Shown in pieces: positions 56,954-64,000 of a stretch of DNA of 64,000 nucleotides. Every line of letters starts with the position of its first letter. Positions within the stretch are counted from its first letter, which is position 1. The translations under genes and the position numbers were made by a program. Origin of the DNA: Candidatus Krumholzibacteriota bacterium (GTDB lineage: Bacteria; Krumholzibacteriota; Krumholzibacteriia; JAJRXK01); NCBI GenBank assembly GCA_963806035.1, contig CAWDWO010000009.1, positions 8,801 through 72,800 of the forward strand, written 5' to 3'. Below the pieces are notes generated by a model that searched no databases, was not told where the DNA came from, and saw only the letters and a program-made list of their open reading frames with translations.

Positions 56954-57721
56954 GGAATGCTCATCCCGCAAGAACACGGGACCTGGAACCTGCTGCTCGA
57001 GCCCATCGCTCTGGGCTGCCTGGTCGCGCCCTCCTGGCCCGGCGCGCTGCTTGCCCTCTCCGCTTTGGCCCTCATCCTGGCCCGCACACCGCTCTTGCGG
57101 CTTTGGTCCGCGCGGAGCAGGCCCTCCGTCAAATCCCTGCCCCCGCTGGCGCGGACCTGGGCCTATGGCTGGTCGGCGCTGGCCGTGCTCGGACTGCTCG
57201 CGGCGGTGGGGCTCTCGGGGATCCGGATTCTTCTGCCGCTTCTGATCGCGCTGCCGCTCGGGTTGTTTCAGCTGCGTTCCCAATTGCTTCGCAACGCGCG
57301 CAGCCTCAACGCCGAGCTCGCGGGCGGACTCGCGCTCTCGACTTCCACCATGATGATCGCCCTCGCCGGCGGAATGAGCCTGGGCACGGCGGCGCTTCTT
57401 TGGATTCTACCCGCCCTGCGCGTTCTTTTGTCCATCCTCTACATCCGCGCGCGGCTGCGTCTGGGCCGCGGCGAGATGGGCGCAGTGGATGACGTGCTGG
57501 ACGCCCATCTGGTGGTCCTGGTGGTTCTGGCGGGACTGGCCGTGGGAGGATGGGTGCCCGCTCTGGCGGCGGCCGCCTTCGCCGTGCTGGGACTGCGCAC
57601 GCTCTTCGAGTTGGTGCGCAAGCAGCGCGGGATTTCGCCGCGCCGGCTCGGCCTCATCGAAGTGAGTTTGGGGATCGTCTTCGTAGTGATGACCGCTGCG
57701 GGGTTTCGGGCTGGGTTCTAG
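56954..57721 (+). CDS. YwiC-like membrane protein
   Basis: The internal start MLIPQEHGTWNLLLEPIALG resembles the YwiC N-terminus (QHGAW..ML). Multi-TM. The track ORF starts earlier, at 56819. Confidence 0.4.
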   Translation, partial: GMLIPQEHGTWNLLLEPIALGCLVAPSWPGALLALSALALILARTPLLRLWSARSRPSVKSLPPLARTWAYGWSALAVLGLLAAVGLSGIRILLPLLIALPLGLFQLRSQLLRNARSLNAELAGGLALSTSTMMIALAGGMSLGTAALLWILPALRVLLSILYIRARLRLGRGEMGAVDDVLDAHLVVLVVLAGLAVGGWVPALAAAAFAVLGLRTLFELVRKQRGISPRRLGLIEVSLGIVFVVMTAAGFRAGF

Positions 57722-57746
57722 AGGACGATCCCTCCTCTTTTTCTCT

Positions 57747-58565
57747 TCATTCCTCTTTGGTTTCCTTGCCGGCGGTGGGCCCGTGCTTCGCGCGCAAGTC
57801 CCGTGCCTCCTCGACCTGGCGCGCGCTCCACAACATCTGCCGGGCCAGCCCTCGAATCATGTGTGCTTCACGTCGATAGAGCCGCGCGCGCGAGAAGATC
57901 TCCTTGTAGCTGCGCATGAGCGAATCGATGGTGTGAGGATACGCGTAACCGATTCTCAAGAAGGCCGCGCGCAAGTGGGCGAAGAGCTCTTCCTGTTCCT
58001 TGGCATTGCTGAGGTGATCGGGGCGGGGAGCGCGAGTCTGTCTCGGTTTGAGCGTCGGCATCTTCGGGTCCTTGCGCATGCGCGCCATCAGGAACTCGTA
58101 GCCGGTCAAGAGCACGGCCTGGGCCAGATTGTAGCTCGGGTGCTCGGGGGATGAGGGAATCCACACCAATTCCGTGCAGTGATCCAGCTCTTCAGTCCTG
58201 AGACCCTCGCGTTCGTTTCCGAAGACGAGGTGGGTGTTCAGGGGCTGCGACTCGAGCGCCTCTTCCACCCAGGACTCGGTAAAATCGCGCAGCATGCTGT
58301 AAGCGCGGCGCTGTCTGCGACGCGCGGTGAAGCCCACGACGCGCCTGCCGTCGGCCACCGCCTCGCTCAGTTCGTCCAGCCGAGGGGCCTGACGCAGGAT
58401 CTCCTCGGCGCCGTGCGCGAACATCAGGGCTTCGTTTTCATCCTGAAAGCTGGGTTGAACCAGGCGCAGCGCGCCCATCCCGGTGTTCTTCACCGCGCGG
58501 GCGGCCGCGCCCGCGTTGCCTCCGAACATGGTGCGAACGAGAACCACGGTGCAGTGCTCGAGCAT
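57747..58565 (-). CDS. tRNA/rRNA 2'-O-methyltransferase, SpoU/TrmJ-like (SPOUT class)
   Basis: VVLVRTMFGGNAGAAARAVKNTGM...LVFGNEREGL...YNLAQAVLL motifs of TrmJ/LasT. Confidence 0.7.
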   Translation of the reverse strand: MLEHCTVVLVRTMFGGNAGAAARAVKNTGMGALRLVQPSFQDENEALMFAHGAEEILRQAPRLDELSEAVADGRRVVGFTARRRQRRAYSMLRDFTESWVEEALESQPLNTHLVFGNEREGLRTEELDHCTELVWIPSSPEHPSYNLAQAVLLTGYEFLMARMRKDPKMPTLKPRQTRAPRPDHLSNAKEQEELFAHLRAAFLRIGYAYPHTIDSLMRSYKEIFSRARLYRREAHMIRGLARQMLWSARQVEEARDLRAKHGPTAGKETKEE

Positions 58566-58688
58566 GAGGCTCCTCTCATCTCATTGGCAAATTCAAGGCG
58601 GAAAGGATGATACGGCAAGGCGCCGCGCAGGCGAGGCGAAAATCCGTCAGCTGCCGTGAAGTGAAGTCCAGCTCGAGCGCGCGGGAAC

Positions 58689-60029
58689 TCAGTTCGCCGT
58701 GAATCCGAAGTGGTCCAAGAATCCGAAAATCGTCATTTCGGACCAAGCCTGGCCCGCGCTCGTCAAGCGTTCGAAACGTGTCTTGCCGTCGGAAAGCGTG
58801 CTGCGGACGAGCGGTCCGCTGAGCGTCCCCATGACTTTGGCCTGAGGGTCGTTCGCGATCCAGTTGGAAGTGGTCTCGTCAAGTGCGTAGAAGGCGCCGC
58901 TGAGGGTACTGGCGGTACGAGTGTAGTCCGGATTGCGGCCGTTGTTGTCCCACAGCAGCGACCAGCTTCGGCCGCGGCGCGGGGTGCACCACCCTTCCCC
59001 TTCGATTTTGTCGATCAGATCCATCGACTCCAGGTAGTTGTAGAACCAAACGGTGGGAGGAAAATCTTCCAGAACCACTCCCGCGACGTGCGCGGTGAAG
59101 TCCGGCCGCCGCAGAGGACGGTCGCCGTTGGCCACTTGCACGAATCCCTCACCGAAGCGCTCCTGAAGCTCGTCGAGGAAAGCGACCTGCCAGTCTTGCC
59201 AGGCTGCGAGATCGTCGGGATCGTCGAGAATCCCCACGCCGTCACGATCGAAATCGGCCTGCTGCGTTTGGGGATCATCCGGCTGGGGCCAGATGTAGGC
59301 GTTGATGGAGACGTTGTCGTGAAAGATCCCATCGATCGCCGTGGGATATTCGTTGGCGTAGTGCGCAATGATGTCCACCTGCGTCAACATGAGCGAGCGG
59401 TTGTAGACCATCCCGCTGCGCCAAGGATTCACCATCGGCGCGTTCTCCCACTTGGTGGCGACTTCACCGTCGGTGCGATAGGCGGTGTAGTGCGAGAGAA
59501 GATCGTAAAGATCGGCCCCCAGTGGGAAGCGCTCGCGGTGCTGGGCGCCATTCCAGCCCTCGTAGTAGGCCTCCATGTCCAAGAGACCCAGAATGACGAT
59601 CTCGGGGTTGTAGCTGCGGATCTTCGCCAGTGGCGCCTGCGCTTCCGGTGAGAGCAAGAGCCGCAACTGGAAGGCCGCCAGGGAGGACGCGGCGATGTCG
59701 CGCAACTGATCGTCGCTATAGAAGGACAGATTGAGGGTGCGATCGATCCAGGCCTGGGCGGGATAGGAGACCTCGGGCGCCGGCGCCGAGCTGACCTTGG
59801 GAGGCATCACCGGGACGTAGTCTCCGTTGTCCGGGCCCAAGAGGCTCTGCGGGGCATCCGCCCCGCTCTGGCAACCCGCGGCCAGGACCAGGCTCAAGAA
59901 AAAGCCCACGAAGAGGATCCAGCGGTTCAGAAGGGAGTCGATAGCAGAATGCAACGGGAACTTCTTCATGGCCTTCCGCGCGCGGCATGCCGAGACACGA
60001 TGAGAAAGCACGCTCTCTCTTGGAGACAC
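58689..60029 (-). CDS. lipoprotein, possibly a TIM-barrel glycoside-hydrolase-like protein
   Basis: The probable start MKKFPLHS at 59966 gives the lipobox LAAGCQS. The family assignment is weak. Confidence 0.3.
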   Translation of the reverse strand: MSPRESVLSHRVSACRARKAMKKFPLHSAIDSLLNRWILFVGFFLSLVLAAGCQSGADAPQSLLGPDNGDYVPVMPPKVSSAPAPEVSYPAQAWIDRTLNLSFYSDDQLRDIAASSLAAFQLRLLLSPEAQAPLAKIRSYNPEIVILGLLDMEAYYEGWNGAQHRERFPLGADLYDLLSHYTAYRTDGEVATKWENAPMVNPWRSGMVYNRSLMLTQVDIIAHYANEYPTAIDGIFHDNVSINAYIWPQPDDPQTQQADFDRDGVGILDDPDDLAAWQDWQVAFLDELQERFGEGFVQVANGDRPLRRPDFTAHVAGVVLEDFPPTVWFYNYLESMDLIDKIEGEGWCTPRRGRSWSLLWDNNGRNPDYTRTASTLSGAFYALDETTSNWIANDPQAKVMGTLSGPLVRSTLSDGKTRFERLTSAGQAWSEMTIFGFLDHFGFTAN

Positions 60030-60134
60030 GTCCGACGCGCTCAGACTTGAAATGCAGGGAGCAGGCCAGGGTTTCGACCGCGAAGAAGGTGAAAGCTGGA
60101 AGATGGGGAACCCGGCGCCTCAGCGCCGCGCTCG

Positions 60135-60878
60135 TTACGATCCTGCGCGCGTGTGGCCCTGGCGCAGCAGCTCTCCGATCACCATGGCCATGGCGGCCTG
60201 GAGGTTGTAGGAGGGAATGAAGCCCTCCATCGGGAGTCGCAAGATTTCGTCCGCCTGATCGAGCACCGACTCTTCGACTCCGCGCTCTTCGGCGCCCACC
60301 ACGAAGAGCGATGCCGGATCGAGCTTGCACTCCCAGGGTGCGCGGGTTCCACAATCTTCCACCACCACGATGCGCCGCCCCGCGGCCCTGGCCAGGGCGC
60401 AGGCCTGCTGCGCACCGGCCCACAGAACCGGCATGAAGCGGTCCGCGTACATCGAGGCCCGCAAGGCCGCGCGCCGTGCCCTGCCATCGAACTCGGTGTC
60501 GAGAACGATCCCCGCCGCGCCGGAAACTTCCGCGCAACGAATGGCGAAGCCGGCGTTGCCGGGGTAGCTGATTCCGCTGAGAAGCCACACGGGGAACTTC
60601 GACGCCATCCACTCGGCCACCGGTGCGCCGGGATCGGGACCGCTCAGCGCGAGCATCTCCGGCTTGCCGGCGGATTTCTGCATCCGCTTCAAGTCGTTGC
60701 GGCTCGCCCCGCGAATCTTCACTCCCGCGCGCTCGAGCCGGGCGAGCACCTCGCGCGTCCTCTGGTCGATCGAGTCACGACGAACCAGAACGAGTCCCAG
60801 CGCAATTCCCTCGTCGAGAGCGGCGCTCACCTCATCGCAACCACTGAACTGTCTGCGAAGTCGAGGAGGGTTGATCAC
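60135..60878 (-). CDS. RNA 2'-O-methyltransferase, TrmH/SpoU family
   Basis: C-terminal SPOUT motifs (IVLDTEFDG..., FVVGAEERGV, SYNLQAAMAMV). A likely GTG start near 60878. The long N-terminal extension in the track ORF is non-coding. Confidence 0.6.
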   Translation of the reverse strand: MINPPRLRRQFSGCDEVSAALDEGIALGLVLVRRDSIDQRTREVLARLERAGVKIRGASRNDLKRMQKSAGKPEMLALSGPDPGAPVAEWMASKFPVWLLSGISYPGNAGFAIRCAEVSGAAGIVLDTEFDGRARRAALRASMYADRFMPVLWAGAQQACALARAAGRRIVVVEDCGTRAPWECKLDPASLFVVGAEERGVEESVLDQADEILRLPMEGFIPSYNLQAAMAMVIGELLRQGHTRAGS

Positions 60879-60976
60879 GTTACTCGGACCACCTTGTCGC
60901 CGGTGAGAATGGCGATCATCGCCATTGAGCCGTCGAGAAATTCTGCGGTCGAGGGACCGCGCGAGTGCGGCCGCTC

Positions 60977-63472
60977 TCAGGGTCGTGACGAAATTCGCCG
61001 GTAGAGTTCGATGCCGCTGCCGACGCCGCCTCCCATACCTTCGAGAGCGGTGAAGGGCGCGCCCTCCGCGTTCAGCCAGGGTCTCGGATCGGTTTCCTTC
61101 ACTTCGAGCAGATTCTGCACCGGAGTCTGTCCGACCGCGACCACGTCGATTTTCTTTTCGCGCAGTTCGTTCAGCCAGTCCTCGCGCGTGCACGCTCGAC
61201 AGGAGACGTCCTTCACCTTGTGCATCAGATCGCGGCCATAGAAAGGATAGCGCAGCTGGGTCATGGCGACGCCGATGACCTCGTCCGCGGGGGCCTGGAG
61301 CGCGTGCAGGTAGGGTAAGTCATAGGACTTCTTGCGGTGGAGCTCGCGAAACTCCCGCGCTCCGTGACTCCATAGTGTGAGCAGCAGCACCGACGCCACC
61401 AGAAACGCGGGCTTGATCACCGCGCTGGTCCGCGACCGCCGGCCCTCGTCCTTCGCCTTCTTCTTCAAAGCGCTCAGGGTGATCCACACGCCCAGCGTAA
61501 AGAGCGCGAAGAGGACGATTTCCACCAATTGCGTGCGCGGCAACGCGACGTGCAATGCCACCGACCACGCGCACATGAACACGGCAAAGAGCCAAAAGAG
61601 CGTGCGAGAAACGCGAGAGATTCCAAAGCCGAGTGCGGCGAGCACGCTGGCCATGGCCAGCTTGGGCAAGGCGAAGCGCATGGCCTGGCCCGACCACAAG
61701 CTGTAGTGCCAGCCGTGGGTCCCGTTGTCTCCGCTGAAGGGAGTGAAGCCGAAAACGAATCCGCACGCGGCGATCGCGCCCAAGAGCAGCAACTTGGTCG
61801 CAAGGGCGCGCCGGGAACGCAGTTCCTGCGCGACGGCCGCGATGGCGCCGGCGATGAGGACGAGAACGGGAAGCCCCAACCACTGGCGGCCGTTGGCAAT
61901 GGCGAGGGACCAATCGTGAGGCGAGAGTGGATGGAAGACGGCGAAGAGATTGGTGCGCGCGAGATTCTCACCACTCAGCTGACCGGGAAAAATCACCTGG
62001 CCGAAAGCTTTCAGCTGCAAGAGACCCAGCGGATTGCCGACCTGAATGAGGTTTCGCAGGTACCAGAAGGATCCCAGCGCGCAGGCGACAAGCAGCGCCG
62101 TCCAGCCCGCGAGCCGTGGCCTTCCCAGCGGCTGCGAGGCGCGCCCTTCTTCGCTGGAACCCATCCTGGATGAGATCCACAGCAAGACGATCGCCAGGAC
62201 CGCGTATAACGGTCCGGTCGCTTTCAGCCCACAGACGATCCCCAGAGTCAGAACGAAGAGAGAGAAGCTCCTCTTGCGTCGGGATGTGTCCAGGAAGCCG
62301 CCCAGGCAAAGTGCTGCGGTGAAGAAAGCCGCCAGCGGCAGGTCGGACTTGAGTTCTTCGGTCTGCATGAGCACGAGCGGAAAGGAGAGCAAGAGGAGCG
62401 CGCTGGCCGCCGCCTCTTGCGCTCGCGCGCCGGCGCGTCGCGCGAGAACGAAGACCGAACAGCCCAGGATGACGAAGGCCTCGACTGCCGGCGCTCCGAA
62501 GAGGAAATCCTCGCGGAAGGGAAAGTATCCCAGCAGGCTCAGAAGCTCCCAGTGCAGAGGGTAGTGTCCGGTCTGCCCCAGCCAGGGCAGGGACGCGATT
62601 CTGTGCTGTTGGATCCACTGGGCCATCAGGGGAAGGTGGTAGGCGAGGCCATCCCAATCGGTCATGGGCACAAGCAGGGTCTTGGCGAGAACGGCGAGTC
62701 CCAGAATGAGCGCCGCACCCGCGAGCAAGAGCGTGGCACGATCCTCACAAGCGGGCAGAAGCTGCGGCACGGGACGCTTTGCTCTTGCCCACAGCCCCAG
62801 ACCCACCGCCAAGAGCGCCAGTTGAAGCGCGAAGAAGGGAACGGCCCCGAGCAATCCCGCACTGGAGAGCAAGAAGGCCGCGCAGAGTTGGATCGCCGTC
62901 CAGGATACCAGCAGAGCCACCCACCACTCGGCCCAGCGAAATGGGCCGCGGAGCAACGCGAAGAGAAGAGGAAGTGGTGCGAAAATCCACAACAGAGTGA
63001 GCACGATGCCGCCAAAATGACTCATCCAGGAGAAGTAGGTCCCGCTGGCCGCTTGCTCTTGGCCGGAGGAATCTTCTCCGGTGATCATGTGGCCCTCTTT
63101 CCACAAAATCGTCTCGGTCGGCCCCTGTGGATCATAGTAGCGCCAGTTGCCGTCCATCTTGCCCTTGCGGTAATAGCCCTCCTTGAGGAGAAAGCCGTCG
63201 GCGTTCCACTCCCTCCAGAGTCCGCTACGAAGTCCGTGCCGATATTGGCCTTGAAGCTGCTTTTGCCCGTTGGGGAAAAAGGCCTGATAGGCGCCGTCGC
63301 TCTCCAGCCTGCCGTCCGGATATCGCAGAGCTTCGCTGGAGACGCGCGCGTTTCCGTTGGGCCATCGGCTCACCTGAACGCCTCGCTTGGCGCGCAGATC
63401 ATTCCCGAAGGCGACCGCGAGAAAGAGGATTCCCAGTAGAAGGACCGATCCCACGATTTCGGAACGTTTCAT
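60977..63472 (-). CDS. large polytopic membrane protein with N-terminal MORN-variant repeats (possible GT-C-type glycosyltransferase)
   Basis: The start is at the internal Met at 63472 (MKRSEIVGSVLLLGILFLAVAF). It has YQAFFPNGQKQLQGQYRHGLRSGLWREWNADGF MORN-like repeats, then more than 12 TM helices and a C-terminal soluble domain. Confidence 0.45.
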   Translation of the reverse strand: MKRSEIVGSVLLLGILFLAVAFGNDLRAKRGVQVSRWPNGNARVSSEALRYPDGRLESDGAYQAFFPNGQKQLQGQYRHGLRSGLWREWNADGFLLKEGYYRKGKMDGNWRYYDPQGPTETILWKEGHMITGEDSSGQEQAASGTYFSWMSHFGGIVLTLLWIFAPLPLLFALLRGPFRWAEWWVALLVSWTAIQLCAAFLLSSAGLLGAVPFFALQLALLAVGLGLWARAKRPVPQLLPACEDRATLLLAGAALILGLAVLAKTLLVPMTDWDGLAYHLPLMAQWIQQHRIASLPWLGQTGHYPLHWELLSLLGYFPFREDFLFGAPAVEAFVILGCSVFVLARRAGARAQEAAASALLLLSFPLVLMQTEELKSDLPLAAFFTAALCLGGFLDTSRRKRSFSLFVLTLGIVCGLKATGPLYAVLAIVLLWISSRMGSSEEGRASQPLGRPRLAGWTALLVACALGSFWYLRNLIQVGNPLGLLQLKAFGQVIFPGQLSGENLARTNLFAVFHPLSPHDWSLAIANGRQWLGLPVLVLIAGAIAAVAQELRSRRALATKLLLLGAIAACGFVFGFTPFSGDNGTHGWHYSLWSGQAMRFALPKLAMASVLAALGFGISRVSRTLFWLFAVFMCAWSVALHVALPRTQLVEIVLFALFTLGVWITLSALKKKAKDEGRRSRTSAVIKPAFLVASVLLLTLWSHGAREFRELHRKKSYDLPYLHALQAPADEVIGVAMTQLRYPFYGRDLMHKVKDVSCRACTREDWLNELREKKIDVVAVGQTPVQNLLEVKETDPRPWLNAEGAPFTALEGMGGGVGSGIELYRRISSRP

Positions 63473-63629
63473 CAGAACACCCGTTCTTCCCCGTGATGCC
63501 AGCCCCGATCTGAAATCCCGCGACTTGGCCGAAGCGGCATTTGGGCCCATTTTATGATAGTATTTCCTGCACCTCAATCGGACTCCCGCGCCGGTCACTC
63601 TCGTTTTCCGGTGGAAAGGAAAAGACGAT

Positions 63630-64000
63630 ATGCCCACTGTCGCCATGCGTTCGAGGCAGAGGCTCCTGGCACTATGTCTGCCTCTGCTCGCCATCGTCAT
63701 CATCATCGCGACCCTTCCCGACGCTTCTCGTATTCTTCCCTCTCATGCAGCGCGTCAGGGCATTAGTCCTTACGGTGCGGCTGCGATGCGCGCGAGTCTC
63801 GATCCCGAGACCGGCGCGCTCTCGGTGAATCCCACTCCCGCCGGCTCATTCAAGATGCTGGACAAGGCACTGAGCCGCTCGAGCGCAGGACTCATCCAGA
63901 AGACACAGCCCAACGGTACGGTGAGCGTGGATCTGCAGGGCAGATTCATGAGTGCCAGCGTGGCTCACATCGACGCGAAGGGTCAACTGCACACCACCTG
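63630..64000 (+). CDS. partial CDS (runs off the window end), secreted or membrane-anchored protein
   Basis: The ATG at 63630 begins MPTVAMRSRQRLLALCLPLLAIVIIIATLP. The frame stays open to the end of the window. Confidence 0.3.
   Translation, partial: MPTVAMRSRQRLLALCLPLLAIVIIIATLPDASRILPSHAARQGISPYGAAAMRASLDPETGALSVNPTPAGSFKMLDKALSRSSAGLIQKTQPNGTVSVDLQGRFMSASVAHIDAKGQLHTT

Noticed and set aside
60153-61004. 283-aa plus-strand ORF
   Set aside because: Antisense to the TrmH-family methyltransferase gene.
1-64000. CRISPR arrays, integrases, transposases, toxin-antitoxin pairs
   Set aside because: None seen. The only tandem repeats are the short arrays reported above. No recombinase-like or IS-like ORF was recognised in any frame.

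Overview
GC-rich bacterial chromosomal window with dense coding on both strands and no rRNA, tRNA or CRISPR arrays seen. The clearest features are these.

- **Complex I operon:** an 11-gene nuoA-B-C-D-H-I-J-K-L-M-N operon on the minus strand (36818-47335) with no nuoE/F/G in the window.
- **Selenoprotein selD:** a selenophosphate synthetase whose catalytic codon is an in-frame TGA (selenocysteine), with a strong RBS upstream and a SECIS-like hairpin just downstream.
- **Cell-envelope genes:** two Omp85-family genes (one BamA-like with multiple POTRA domains, one single-POTRA), a flippase, two rhomboid proteases, a protein with a T9SS C-terminal sorting domain, several lipoproteins, and an Hsp20 gene.
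- **Housekeeping enzymes:** ADP-forming acetyl-CoA synthetase, agmatinase, phosphohexomutase, amidase, Nudix hydrolase, SpoU-family RNA methyltransferases, and rlmH.
- **Other systems:** a YhaO/YhaN (SbcD/SbcC-like) nuclease-ATPase pair, and a translationally coupled SBP, hybrid histidine kinase and CheY-like receiver operon.
- **Unusual architectures:** an orphan DPPY-motif methyltransferase with a histone-H1-like basic tail followed by a Nudix gene, a NYN-S1 fusion, an alkaline-phosphatase-family-TPR fusion lipoprotein, and a DUF5916-like gene broken across three reading frames.
- **Short tandem repeat arrays** in intergenic regions.

No canonical defence or mobile element was recognised. 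Several very long ORFs in the six-frame track are antisense shadows of real genes.
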